A stretch of 64,000 bases of DNA, from the NCBI RefSeq assembly GCF_036321535.1, contig NC_087449.1:52142001-52206000 (forward strand), written 5' to 3'. The DNA comes from Camelus dromedarius. Lineage: Eukaryota. A program made the translations under genes and the position numbers. This document shows positions 39,501 to 53,200 of this stretch, piece by piece (the stretch's first letter is position 1; each line of letters starts with the position of its first letter). Under the pieces are notes generated by a model. That model did not search any database. It saw nothing but the letters and a program-made list of their open reading frames with translations, and was not told where the DNA came from.

Positions 39501-42500
39501 GGCTTCCAGGATGCTGAGTACCGTGAGCAGGCATATCACTGGTAAGGGGCCCACGTGGGTTGTGCTAACGAGATGAGGGATGGGGCTGTGGGCATCAGTC
39601 CAGCCCTGTGTCCCCCAACCCTCACCCCAGGTATCGCAAGGCTTTTGATGTAGAGCCCAGCCTCCACTCGGGCATCAATGCAGCTGTGCTCCTCATTGCT
39701 GCCGGCCAGCGCTTTGAGGACTCCAAGGAGCTCAGGCTTATAGGTGAGCCACAATCCTGCACCCCTAACCCCCAACCCACGGGGGCTCAGAGGGGCCTTG
39801 GGAGAGGGCAGGGAGAGAGGACATTGGGTTGGAGCTGGGTCTGACCCTATCCATCCCCTTTTGGACCTGTTCTGCCTGAACCCACACCCGGGTCCTCATA
39901 CCTGTCCAGTCCAGGGCCCTCATGAGCCATTGAGCCCACAACTGAGCCCACACCTCTGTTCCTTACACACTGAATTCCACATACACTTGTTTCCTAACCC
40001 TCACCTGTGCTTGAACTCCTACTCCCACCTGAGATCTGGCCATACCTAAGTTTTCACCCATTTCTATGTTCCTGCGCACATGAATTTTGTGGTCTACACC
40101 TGGGCTTTGCCCAAACTTGCAACAACATCCACTATGACCCAGGCTCCTCTCTCTCAGGCATGAAGCTGGGCTGTCTGCTGGCCCGAAAAGGCTGTGTGGA
40201 GAAGATGCAGTATTACTGGGATGTAGGCTTCTACCTGGGAGCTCAAATCCTCGCCAATGACCTCACCCAGGTGGCACTGGCTGCAGAGCAGCTGTACAAG
40301 CTCAATGCCCCGATATGGTAGGTGGCCCCTTCTGCAGTCTTGGCCTGGCCTAGGCTGTCAGCTTCTACACCCATGTCCACTGGCATCTAGCCTGAGCCTG
40401 TTCCAGACCAGCACCCATGACACCCAATGCCCACATTCTGGCTGCATCCAAGCCAGTCTACTCTCCCTGGCAGTGCTAGCTGGTGCCTGGGCTGAGCTGA
40501 GGATAAAGCTGTGTCTGCAGGTACCTGGTGTCCGTGATGGAAACCTTCCTGCTGTACCAGCACTTCAGACCCACGCTAGAGCCACCTGGAGAAACCCCAC
40601 ACTGTGCACACTTCTGGCTCCACTTCTTGCTACAGTCCTGCCAGCCACTCAAGACCACTTGTCCCCAAGGAGACCAGTGCTTGGTGAGGCCCGTAGGGCA
40701 TGGGACCTGGGAGAGGGGCAGGCTGCTTCTGACCAACCCCTCTCCTCCATCATCTGCAGGTGCTGGTCCTAGAGATGAACAAGGTGCTTCTGCCAGCCAG
40801 GCTGGAGGTTCAGGGTACAAACCCCGTGAACGCAGTGACCCTGAGCCTGCTGGAGCCCAATTCACAGGTGAAGTTGCCGGTGAGTTGCCCCTACTGACAT
40901 CTATGACCTTTTCTCTTGAACATTTCCCCCATCCCCAGACTCCTCTCCTTGTCCCCAGCACCCCCTCGGACCCCTTTCTTCTCACAGGACGTTCCATCCA
41001 GCTGGACCTTCCCAGTTGTCTCCATCAGTGGTGTCAGGTGAGCAGCAAGACCTGGGGAGGTCCGGGCTGGGTGGCATTGCTGGGCAGCCCCGACTTCACT
41101 GGGGTTCTTCATCCCTCCCAGCGTCTCCAAGCAGGATGAGCGCTGCTGCTTCCTCTACGCACTTCCCCCGGCCCAGGACGTCCAGCTGTGCTTCCCCAGC
41201 GGAGGGCACTGCCAGTGGTGCGCGCAGTCCCTCGGGTCGGGGTGCTCTGAGGGCCGGGATGCCGGGGTATTGAGGGAAAGGAAAGAACATGTTCCCTAGT
41301 TGCTCTCGGCTAAGAGTTGCCTCAACCACTAATCTGACCTTCTCCGCCCTCAGGTTCTGTGGCCTGATCCAGGCCTTGGTTACGAATCCGGACTCCACGG
41401 CGCCCGCGGAGGAGGCAGAGAGCGTGGGGGAGGTGCTGGAGGTGAGCAAGGGGGGTGCAGCTCCAGGAAGGGAAAGGGCAGAGCGCCCTGCTGAATCCCC
41501 TATCTCATCCGCCCCCGCAGTTTGATTATGAGTACACGGAGTCGGGAGAGCGGCTGGTGCTGGGCAAGGGCACGTACGGGGTGGTGTACGCGGGCCGCGA
41601 TCGGCACACGCGGGTACGCATCGCCATCAAGGAGATCCCGGAGCGGGACAGCAGGTTTGGTGCCCAAGGTCGCGCGGGCGGGGCTCAGGGCTCTCGAGGG
41701 ACCAGGTGGGCGGGGTCAAATGGGCGGGACCACGAGTTAAGAGTGTCCTGTGCGCGGGACTGTAGGCAAGGGCGACGCGGATGCCCAAGTGCCTCCGGGG
41801 TCGACCCGAGTGCAGGGGGTCATAGAAGCGAGAGTTCAAGCCCAGTGGGCCCAGGACAGTGCGCAGAACCGCAGGGACCAGGCGGGCGGGCTACCATCTG
41901 GAGAGGCCTGTGGGCTGGGTGATAAGGTGCGGAAGGTCTGGGAGCTTGTGGGCGGGGTAGATCCTGGGGGTTTGGCCTTGTGGGGGGCTGGAGTTGAGAA
42001 AGTATCTCTGCCTCCGTCTGACCTGTTCCTCTCCCCACCCCACCCCCAGGTTCTCTCAGCCCCTGCATGAGGAGATCGCTCTGCACAAACGCCTGCGCCA
42101 CAAGAACATCGTGCGCTATCTGGGCTCAGCCAGTCAGGGCGGCTACCTCAAGATCTTCATGGAGGAAGTGCCTGGAGGTACCTGCCTTGCGTGGGATGGG
42201 AATGGAACTGGAGTTGTGGGGCATGGGGGTGGAGCCCCCTTTGGGAGAATGAACCCTAGCTTGTGTGGGTGGTGTAGCCCACAATTAGCTGACACCTGGA
42301 GGTTGGGTAATGGCGTCTAGGCCATAGCATTAGTATGCCTGGGCCTTGAGCAGAGAGCCGTCGGCTGGAGTAGGTGGGTGCCAACAATGACCTTGAACTA
42401 CATCTGCCCAGGCAGTTTGTCCTCCTTGCTGCGTTCAGTGTGGGGACCCCTGCAGGACAACGAAAGCACTATCAGTTTCTACACCCGCCAGATCCTGCAG

Positions 42501-45500
42501 GGACTCAGCTACCTGCACGACAACCGTATTGTGCATAGAGACATCAAGGTCAGCCTGTAGCTGGCCCACTCTAGCTTGCTGGGGTGGGGGAGGACAGGAG
42601 GGGGAGGGAGAGATACAGCCCCAGACAGAGGCTGGCAGTTTAGACTAAGTGGGCAGACTCTTTGCAAAGGGTGGGAAATTCATCAGGGAGGTTCCCTAGA
42701 GAAGGGGAGATGTTTAGATCCGAAGCCAGCTCCCAGAGGGGCAGTAGTGGGATGGCAGGGGGAGGAGACTGTTAGAGGCAGTGTCAGGCTGGGGTTCCCA
42801 GGAGATGAGATCTCAGGATAGGGTCCAGGAGCCCAGTTTGATGTCCGCTGATCACAATGTCCACTCTCCTCAGGGGGACAATGTGCTGATCAACACCTTC
42901 AGTGGGCTGCTCAAGATTTCTGACTTTGGCACCTCCAAGCGGCTAGCAGGCATCACACCCTGCACTGAGACCTTCACAGGTAACAGGGTGTAGGGTGGTG
43001 AGTGGGGTTGCTGACATGGGACAGAGAACTCTTGGGGTGCTCCAGGGAGTGGTGTTTCTCCTGGGCATGGAGTTAGAGTCCTAATGAGGAGGGTGGTGTG
43101 GAATCCAGGGCAGGTGATTGAGCCAGGGGTGAGGTGATAGACTCCAGAACTGCAGCTTAGATAGCTGATGATGTTGAGTTTAGTGCCTGAAATGGAGCCC
43201 AGAAGTGTTGATGTGAGTCAGAGTTCAGAGTGGTTGATGCAGCCCAGGACAGATGGCGGCACCTACTCTGGGTGATGGAGCCCAGGAATGAGATGGAGCC
43301 TAAAATGAATGAGGAAACTCAGGATAGATGCTTAATGACCAGGGGTGGTAGCAGAAACTGTTTTGGATGATAGAGTTCAGGGTGGGAGCAGGTGACTGGA
43401 GGATGAGAGAGGCCCTGCCACTCCAACAGTGACAAAGCCTAGATGAGCATTATTGCTACTGCTCCTGTCCTAGGGACCCTACAGTATATGGCCCCAGAAA
43501 TCATTGATCAGGGCCCACGAGGGTATGGGAAGGCGGCGGACATCTGGTCACTGGGCTGCACTGTAATCGAGATGGCCACAGGTCGCCCACCATTCCATGA
43601 GCTAGGGAGCCCACAGGCTGCCATGTTTCAGGTGAGAACCCTTAGGACCTGGCTCATGAGGTGGAGTGGGGACAGTCTGGGCCCTGAACACCTCTAAACT
43701 TGTCCCTTGTTTCCCCTCCCTGCCCCCCTCCCAGGTGGGCATGTACAAGGTGCATCCACCAATGCCCAGTTCTCTGTCAGCCGAGGCTCAAGCCTTCCTC
43801 CTCCAAACTTTTGAGCCAGACCCCCGCCTCCGAGCCAGTGCTCAAGCTCTGCTGGGGGACCCCTTCCTGCAGCCTGGGAAGCGGAGCCGCAGCCCCAGCT
43901 CCCCGCGACATGCTCTAAGGCCCTCAGGTACAAAGTGGGTGGAGGGAGTGAGCACACTGGGGTGAGGGCAGGGGAGCTGTAGTGGTGAAAATACTACATG
44001 AAGGCCCAGGCTGACAGCCTTCTCCCTCCCTCAGATGCCCCTTCAGCCAGCCCCACTCCTTCAGCTGACTCAGCCTCTCAGTCCCAGACGTTCCCTCGCC
44101 CTCAAGCACCCTCTCAGCATCCTCCCAGTCCCCCCAAGCGCTGCCTCAGTTATGGGGACACCAGCCACCTCCGGTGAGCACCCAGGGGCTCGGGCTGGGT
44201 TCATTTCATCTGGTTTTGTCTCGGTGTACTCCCTCCAGGGGACCTGGGCACTTTGACTACATGCAAGGATGACGTTTGGTGCCCCCCTCCCAAATGCTCT
44301 TCCTTGTATTTATCATGCTCTCTCAACACTGGGTTATTCTCTCTTATCCTTGTGAGGTGGGCATCAAAATAAAAGCCAGGATTCAAACTCGGGGGGTGGA
44401 GATGGCTGGACAGGGTTGCTGCCTGCCCTCCATCGTCTGCTCTTTACTGCACTCAGGGTGCCCGAGGAGTCTGCGGTCGAGGAGCCCGCGTCCCCTGAGG
44501 AGAGTTCAGGAGTGAGCCTTCTGAACCAAGAGAGCAAGCGCCGGGCCATGCTGGCCACGGTGCTGGAGCAGGAGCTGCCGGCGCTGGCGGAGAATCTGAG
44601 TCTGGAGCAGGAACAGGTGGGCGGCTCGCCCCAGCGCCCCCTGCTGGTCAAGCACCGACAGGACTCCTGCCGATGGCCTCCAGCCCACCTTTCCAACAGC
44701 ATCTCTCTTGGCTCAGGTGGGTATATCTGCTGATGACCCTTCTCTTCCTTCTCAGGGTCCCCGTCTGGAGAGGAATTATGTGGAACAGCTACTGCGCTGC
44801 CTCGGGGCACACATCCACACTCCCAACCGCCGGCAGCTGGCCCAGGAGCTGCGGGCGCTGCAAGAGCAGCTTCAAGCCCAGGGCTTTGGGCCTGAGCTTC
44901 TGCAAGGACCACTCTTCGCCTTCCCGGATGCGGTGAGGGCGTTTTCTCACAGTTAGGGCTACTCAATAAGAGGTAGTGAACTCCCAGTGCTTGAGAATAT
45001 GTAAGGACTTGATGTTGCATGATTCCATGTCTTCCCTATGAAGATAGAGCCATCGGAAAAGGGACATCTGCCCGGCCCTAACTTCCCAGCCCCTCTTTCC
45101 ACTCCGGGTCTGCCCACCCCACTTGCCTCCGACAGAAGCCCTACCTCTATTTGAAGCTCAGCAGCCTCAGCTGCATTCTTTCTCCCACTCCAGGTGAAGC
45201 AGATCCTCCGCAGGCGCCAGATTCGCCCACACTGGATGTTCGTGCTGGACTCCCTGCTCAGTCGGGCTGTACGGACAGCCCTGGCTGTGCTGGCCCCAGG
45301 TAGGTGGAGGAGTGGAGCCTGCCTGCCTGCCCGAGAGCTAGGCTGTGTTCCTTGGGGGATGGTGAACACAAATAGGGGTGGACAGTGGGAGCCTAGCTTG
45401 ACTCAGTGCCAAGGGAGGTGGGGTTGGCATGTGACCAAATGGATATCTCCTAAACTGATACTGCCTGGCCCATGCCCAGAGCCCCACGCCCTCTGCCAAT

Positions 45501-46754
45501 GTCTGGGGGTCCTAAATGGGTGTTCTCGCCCTGCCTGAGCTCACCCCACTTGGATTGGCAGAGGCGGAGAAGGAGGCAGTCCCACTGAGGTCCGAGGAGT
45601 GCAGTAAAGAAGAGGAGTCCCAGCCGAAGCAGCAAGAGACCCCAGACCAGCAGAGCCCTGGGGAACCCAAGCAGGACACCCCACCTCTGATGGTGCAGCT
45701 GGGCCTCTTGCGAGCAGAGACCGATAGGTACAGCTCCTGGGACTCACCCACAGCCTCTGAATGAGCTTCACTCCTTCTCCCCCTGCATTCTACTGCCTTC
45801 CGCCTTCCAACAGGCTTCGAGATGTCCTGGCTGAGAAGGAACGGAAGTGCCAGGCCCTGGTGCAACAAGCCCTACAGCGGGTCAGTGGGGAGGCCAGGAC
45901 CTGTGCTCTGACCTCAGAGCCCCCAGGTGAGTGGGACCTGGCTGGAGAATGCTAATGGTGGGTTGAGGCAGCTTCTGACAAAGGCACCCTGGGGTTCACC
46001 ACCTGACTTCTCCTTGACAGCTGCTCTCACAGTGGACCAGGGCCTGGTACAGTGGCTACAAGAACTGAAGGTGGATTCAGGCACCATCCAGATGGTGAGG
46101 GGGAGAATGCTGGCTATACCTGACCCCCACCAACCAAGACTTCATCTCTGCCCATCTTTGAGCTGTTCTCACTTTCTCCCCTCTGACACAGAGCATCTCA
46201 GTACTGAATAAGCACTTACTATACCCCAGCCATTGTACAGATGAGAAAACTGAGGCCCAGAAAGGAGTGTGATCTGCCTTAGCATGTTGGTAGTAGAACA
46301 GAGCTAGTTCCTGAGTCTCTGGACCCATCTTTCTCTGATTTTACCTCTCCCTGTTTCTATGTACACAACCAGCTACTGAACCACAGCTTCACCCTCCATG
46401 CGCTACTGACCTGTGCCACTAGAGATGACCTCATCTACACACGCATCAGGTATGTCTTAGGCCCTCCAGGGATAACCTACACATATGGTCTCATGCTGGC
46501 CAGATCCTGACACCTTCCCCTACCCCTAGTTACAGGCCTGCCTGGGTTCCTCTCTGGAAACTACAGGGATACCAGGGTCCCTTGGGGATAGAGGGGTCAT
46601 TAGGCAGACAGTGGGTACCAGAGAGAGCCCAGGGCCTTCTTCTGGCTGAGTCACATTGAGCCTGGTACCCCTCAGGGGAGGGATGGTATGCCGCATCTGG
46701 AGAGCCATCTTGGCACAGCGAGCAAGATCCACGCCAGTTCCCCCTAGCCCCTAG
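35782..46754 (+). CDS. MAP3K6: MAP3K6/ASK2, 1289 aa, 29 exons: 35782-36124, 37456-37595, 37683-37706, 37983-38173, 38288-38456, 38849-38955, 39371-39541, 39631-39743, 40158-40317, 40521-40683, 40760-40867, 40988-41037, 41122-41217, 41354-41441, 41521-41654, 42050-42177, 42412-42548, 42874-42979, 43474-43631, 43735-43927, 44035-44173, 44457-44616, 44756-44932, 45194-45299, 45562-45727, 45814-45926, 46021-46094, 46373-46449, 46676-46754
   Basis: All GT/AG and phase-compatible; total 3870 nt. Kinase motifs GKGTYG, AIK, HRDIKGDN, DFG, activation loop [14 protein letters not shown]; C-terminal SAM-like region. Confidence 0.98.
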
Positions 46755-47151
46755 GAGGCTGAATGAGGACATCAGAGACAAGAGGCCAGACCCAAGGATG
46801 GATGAATGGAGAAAACACAAGAGGTTTCTGATATACCTGCCCCAGGACCCAGGGGCAACTGGAAGAGGCCAGGTGGGTGGGAGGCTGGGTAGTGCCCAGG
46901 CCTAACCTTAGTCGGAAGAACCAACAACAGAGACACCCCAAGCTCACTGAGTACCACCAGGCAAGACTATGAAACAGAACACTTTGGTACCCCTGGACCT
47001 TGGCAATTTCTGAAGTATGGGGAGGGGTCTTGGAATTAGTTCCTTAGGGTCTTTATGTCTGAGTCTAAAATTCCTTCATCTGGCACCCTTCACTTCCCTG
47101 GCTCTTTCCTGCCCCCAAGCAGACATCAGCCCCTTGTTTCTTAGAACAGAA

Positions 47152-47157
47152 TTTATT
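47152..47157 (-). terminator. SYTL1: SYTL1 poly(A) signal AATAAA
   Basis: TTTATT on +, 70 nt beyond the SYTL1 stop. Confidence 0.85.
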
Positions 47158-47226
47158 GACTTTAGCCACGGGCAGGCTCTGAGATGGGGGTCCAGAAAGA
47201 GGGGTGTTGTAGGGCTTGTAGGGCAG

Positions 47227-50200
47227 CTATGTCCTGGGGGCCAGGTTGGTTCTGAGGGGCAGAAGGCCGTCCACCCACTCACATGGCCGCTCCAGGAGGG
47301 TCTCCCATAGCTGCTTCTCCTCAGATGTGGAGTCCATCCAGGGCACCTGGAGCCCATAGCTGCTGCCTAGATGTGGGCAGGCAGGGGTGGAAGGCAAGGT
47401 CACTCTGGCCACCCCCGGTCCCAGGGAACACCTGCCTGGTCCAGATTGTGCACTATCACCCCCAGTTCTCAGTGGACACCAAAGATTAGGAAAGGGCAGA
47501 GAAGTGCCCAAGGCCAAGAGTTAAGCCCCTGCCTCCTAGTGTCATCTTCCCCCAGGGATCTGCCCCACTCACCGGTGCCCAGGCTGAGGCGTATGCCCCC
47601 CAGCTGGTGACTGGCCAGGGCCCCATGGTCCCAGAGGGAGAGCTCAGCACAGGCCTGGCGCAGGTCAGCAGGCCCGAAGCCATCGTAAACCATGGTGTGA
47701 TTGAATACAGGGCTGAGGTTGCGTCGCACAACCCTTGTCCGCTGGCGGCTGGCCCGGCTGTCATCAGGCAGCACTGAGCTGTGGGGCAGGTGGGCTGGCA
47801 TCAAGTGGCCACCCTCTCACACTCCCCAGAACCAACCAGTAACCAACCAACCAATGAGTCCTACCCATAGGCCCTCACAATGTCCATGTCCTCTGGCTCC
47901 TGTCTGAGAACTGGCCTCAAACCCTTGCTACCCTGGGACATTTGTACCAGCCTCCTCTTAGATCTCCTGCCTTTGAAAGTTACAGCTCCTATTCACAGGG
48001 CCCCAGAGTGAAGTCTCTGAAATGCAATTCTGCTATTCCTTAGCTTAATAACTTCGTGGCCCCCCAGAAGTAGTTTTCAAACTTCTTAAAGCCTTGGAGC
48101 CCCTTCTGTAAGACAAAATATTGCTCAGAAATACAAAACCTAAAAGAAAAACAATGTCTCTGGTTGAATCAGGGCTGGGGACTCAGAATCTCATCAGCCT
48201 ACCTCCATTTAACTCTGAGGGTGGGGCCGCACCTGAAGGCACCCCTTGAGTTCCCTGGAAGCTTACTTTGAAAACTACGGGGTGGGGGGTATAATTCAGC
48301 GGTAGAGTGTGTGGTACGCATGAGGTCCTGGGTTCAATCCCCAGTACCTCCAACAAAATAAATAAGTAAATAAATAAACCTATTTACCTCCCCCCCCCAA
48401 AACAAAAACAAACAAACAACAAAGAAAACCACTGAACTGCAAGTTTAGCGCCAAGCCCCACAGCCTGGCCTTCCAGGTCTTCCATTGAAGGGCCCCTGAG
48501 ACCTCCCAGGTCTCAGCCTCAGCTCTCCAACAACTCCTCTAGGTGCCAGTCACTGAAATGCAGCTCTACAAAGTCGTCCTCAACTCTCCTGACTCAAGGC
48601 CTTTGCTCAGGCTGTCCCCAGACAAAGCTCAGGCTGTCCTCAGATTGCAGAATCAAAGTGGGTGACTAGAAGGAATCTGTTGGAGGCAGTGAGCTCCACT
48701 TTAGGAGAAAGGCAGGCAAAGGGGAGGTCCCGATGCTCCTCACCATTGGATGTAAGTATCCAGGGATCCTGAGCGCAGAGGCACGAGGTCCTGAGCTTCC
48801 TTCACCCAGAAGTGCAGCTCCCCAGTCGGGGGTAGTCCTGCGCCTGCGGAGAGGCTCGGCTGAGGTCCAGCCCCACGGACAGAGTTCCCCCTACCCTTGT
48901 GGGACAGGGATTCCCTGCCTCCCAGGGCCGGTTCAGCTTGGCTTCTCGCGGATGGTCACTCACCCTCGGAACCGGCGGGGACGTACTTGAGAGACAGAGA
49001 AAGCAACCCGCGGCTGGGAAGGTAGTCGGGAGAGGGCGAGACCTGCGGGAGGCGGGCTCGTCAAGGGGGCGAGGACAGGGTCCTAGGGAAAGGGGCCATA
49101 GAGGGAGGAGTCTCCAAACACCCACCGGCCCTGCTTATCCCCGCGGGGGTCTGTCGGGGCAGTTCCCGAGAGAACCGCCTGGGGAATCTGAGCACCCCGA
49201 CAGAACCTGCCGTCCGGGCCCAGAGCTTCCCATGGGGCCGTAAGGTTTCGAGGCTGAAGGAGGCTTTGCAGAAGACAGGCTGAGAGGGAAAGCCCAGTGT
49301 AGTAAAGTCAGTTTTGTGCCGCGGGTACCCCCATGCGGGTCAGCTGCTCACCCGGGGCCGCAGGGGGAGCCAGGTGGGCTCGGAGTCCCAGTCCCACGTG
49401 TCCAGAGGCACTTCGACTTCGCCCAGGAAAATGTTGCGACCCAGGCTTTCGCGGTGCCACACCGACAGATTCAGCACGCGGTCCTGGAGCTCGGCCTGCG
49501 GGACAGAGTACTGGGGACAGGAGGGGCGCCTTAATGGAGCAGCGTCGATGGCCCTGGCTTCCAGTGCTGCGGGAGTGTTAGCTGGGGCTTCTCCTACCAC
49601 ACTCCTCTCAGGAAGGGATCCTGGGGAGCCCCAGAGGACATTAATGAGGTCTGGACTAGCGCCATGCCCATCTCTAGACTGATAACGCTGGAGAGCACGT
49701 TTATGCTAGGGCCTCCCTGCCGTTCCGTCCGCAGAAGGCAATGAAGATATCATGCTGTCCCTGCCACCCGTCCCCCTGCAGGAAGAGGTGCCCGGTTCAT
49801 TAATGGGGGCCCTCTCGGTCGTCGCAGCCTCACCCGGAGAGTCTCGTTGAAGACCGGATTCAGGTTCCGTTTCTTCACCGATGTTTTGCGCTTGCTCTGC
49901 TTGTCCGGGAGGAGGTAGCTTTTGACATAGCTGGGGCGGGGGAGGTGAGGATTGGAGGTAAAGGAGGCCCTTCCAGCGCCTACTCCCCTGTCGCGGGGCT
50001 TCCCCAGCCACAGGCCGGAACACAGCTTCACGTGCCAGGCTTTGTGCAGCACTTTATAGGGAGTTATCTCACCCAACCCCCATGCCGCCCAAGAACGTCA
50101 TTCCCATTTTGAAGATGAGGAAACTGAGGAGGAAAAGCAGTGAGGCTGGGCAGTGAGGGCCGCTCCCTCACGCCCCCGCCTCGCCCGGGTTGGGAACTCA

Positions 50201-53200
50201 CGGGTCCAACCGGCGGCGACGGGCGGTTGCCAGGCCCTGGCACTGGATCACGTGCACGCGCAGCTCGGCGGCTCCCGCCTCGTAGCGCAGCGCAAAGTGC
50301 ACGGAACCGCGCACCTGCACCGCGCCTGCCTCCGCCTCCCCGGACAGGCTCATTTGGCTGCCGCTCAGCTGCGGGCGGAGGGTGGAGAGGTCAGGGTGGG
50401 CTGCGGTGGCTCACGTCGGGGCTGGGGGCGGGGTAGCGCGGAGGGTTCAGATGGGGCGGGCATGGAGGGGTATAACTAGGAAGCTTGCCTGGGGCCTGGA
50501 GTGTCTGGTCCGGGAAAAGGGAGGGGGTGATGCAGGGGCTACGGGTCGGGATATGCGGAGGGAGGCATCCCCCACCTCATCTCAGGCCCTCTCCCTCACT
50601 CCCTCACCGTGGAGGAGTTGAGGCTGGACATGGAGGAGCTGCTGCTGAGCATGCGGTCGAGTGAAGGGTCGAGCCCCGGGGCCTCCTCCCCATTCTCCTG
50701 GATCTCGGACGTCGCCTGGGTCTGGGAAGACGGGGAGTGACGGCGGCGCCCCTTTCCCCCCCACCCCTCCCGCGACCGCTCTCAGTCTCGGAAGGCTCGG
50801 CGCCTTGGGTAGCGGCACTCCCCGCCCGAAATCCGGTCCGGGTCTTGAGAGCAGCTGCCGGCCGCTCCCGCCTACCTGGGCTGGCGGGGGCTGCGGCTCC
50901 ACCTCTCCTCGCGACAGCCGCTCCGGCTCCGGGTCCGCCTCCTCCGCGGCGTGGACGAGAGCGCCCCTTGGGCCAGGGGCTGGGTGGGGCATAAACTGCT
51001 CAGCGAGCCCCTTACCCTGCCCGCCCCTGAGCAAATTTTCAGGGACTGGTTTATACCCCCACTCAGGCCCCAGTGCAGCTCTGGGGTTGCCCATGGAAAC
51101 CACACCTACCCATCCCCAATGCGGGTCGGGGGAGGGGGAGGAGGAAGGTGAACATGGGTGGTTGGGGTCACTAAGAGCCACCTCTGATCACTGAAACCTC
51201 TTTATGCCAACACACACATTCCCGCTCACCTTCCTGGGCCTGGGGCTGCTCTTCATCTTCTGAAGCCTTTAGGGGGACATATGGTGAGGGGAAATCAGGT
51301 CCCTAAAAGAAACAGAGGGTAGAAGTAACAGTAGGGGCTAGTGGTAAAGGGGTCAAAGGTTATGGAGTCAGAGGTCAGAGGCTCCAGCTGGCTACTCCAG
51401 TTTCAGATTTTGCACAGCCCTCAGGGCAGGACTGGCAACCAGCTGCAGAACCAGTCTGGCCTGTACTTCACACCCCTTCACGCTTCAGGGCCTGCCCTGC
51501 CTGACTCCCAAGGTCCCACTGGTGGGGGACAGTAGCATCTGAGTCTTGGACCTCTGCCAGCTCAGTCCCCACTCTGCCCCTAATAGCTGGATTCAGAGTT
51601 TCCCTTTAAGGCTGGGTCCACACCCCCATTTGACAGGAGAATGATAGAGGCCCAGGCCAGGGTGTCCTGCTTCTCAGGCTGAGCTCTTTCCCCAGCATAT
51701 CCCACCTTCACTCCAGGGACACTGTAGGTTCACTTATTAGCCTATTCGGTCACTTATTACTCACCTCAGCCTCACTGAGCTTCTCTTGGGTGGCCTCATC
51801 TCTGGGGAGACTGGGAGGAGGGAGAGGTGGTTGTCAGGGATGGGCCCCAGATGACTGGTAGGCACCCTCCACTCCCTGCCACTCCTCCTCACCTGGGCTC
51901 CAGTGCCTCTTCAGCCTCTTTCTCAGCAGCCTCAGCCTCGCCATTGCTGCCCTGAGCCTGGCCTCCTGCACCAGGTGAGAAGTTCTGTGAACCCCTGTTC
52001 TCAGGATGCCTGGCCCTTGGAGAGGCCCACTCACCTCCCATATCCCATGGAGGGGTGATGCCCACCCAAGAGTCACACAGTACCAGGGGCAGCTGGAACT
52101 GAAACCAGAGTCCCTCTCTCCCTGTCCACATACATCTAGTGCCCTGGGCTGTGCAAGGCCTGCCCCACTCTGGGGATCTCCTCTCACCCCTGGAGCCTTT
52201 CTTCCTGCGGATGGAGGCTCGGACAAGGTCAGAACCGAAGTGGACATGGTGGTGCCGCTGGGAGCGTGCTTCCTGGAACCAGTCCCCTGTTAGGGTCTTC
52301 AGCTGCCCAGGGTCTGCCAGCGAGGCCCGGAGCTTGCTAGAGGATGGGGAGCGTGTGGCTGTCACCATTCATGCAATCAACATTCTTGCCACCCACTCTG
52401 TGCCAGGCCCTGTACCTGGGGCCTGGTATATAACAGCAAATCAAGCTTGATCTCTGTTTTGGAGGAGCTCAGTTTGGTGGGGAGATTGAGTCCAGAATAA
52501 ATAGGTACAATATAGTGAGGTAGGAGCCATGATAAATGTGAGAGGGCCAGCTTTGCCTGTAGGAATCCAGGAGGACTTCCGAGAAGAAGTACCATTTGAG
52601 TTGCTTCTTAAAGACAAATTGGTAAAGAAAATGAGTTATAATTCATTAAATGATTGTGAATAATCCTTCTTAATTCTGTGAGATAGGGCTTCTTAGCCCC
52701 ATTTTACAGATGAGGAGAGTGGTGCCAAGATTACAAGGTAAGAGGTATCTGTCTGTCCCCAAACACTACTCCTAAGTCCCATGCTCCTCTGCCACTGTGC
52801 TCTTCCAGGCAGGAAGAACAGTATAGAAGTGAAGGGTGTGTTCAGGGACTGTGGAGTGCCTGGATGGCTGTAGTGGACACTTTGTGTATGTGTGTTGGCG
52901 GGTGGGGATAACTGGTGGAAGATGAGATCAGAGAGGCTGGCAGGCACCAACCAAGGAGGCCTTGTGGACCATGCTTAGGAGCCTGCCCCTGACAGGGGAT
53001 GCTGAGGAGCCACAAGAGGTCTCAGGAGGAGATATGAAGGACCAGCCTGGAGAGCTCCAGCTGCAGCATGACGGGTGGGCTGGAAAGGGTGGGCCTGGAG
53101 GCAGGGAGGCTGGCAGAGGAGCTGGTGCAGCCACCCTGGGAGAGGTGATGAGCTGAGCTGGCCAAGGGTAGAGGGGACCAATGGGCAAATATAAGACCTA

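Noticed and set aside
41150-41900. MAP3K6 intragenic CpG island as a promoter for a kinase-only isoform
   Set aside because: The first downstream in-frame ATG is the FMEEVP gatekeeper Met, which would delete the kinase N-lobe
44364-45020. 218-aa antisense ORF over MAP3K6 exons (likewise 40476-40997 and 50661-51194)
   Set aside because: Shadow ORFs from GC-rich coding sequence on the opposite strand
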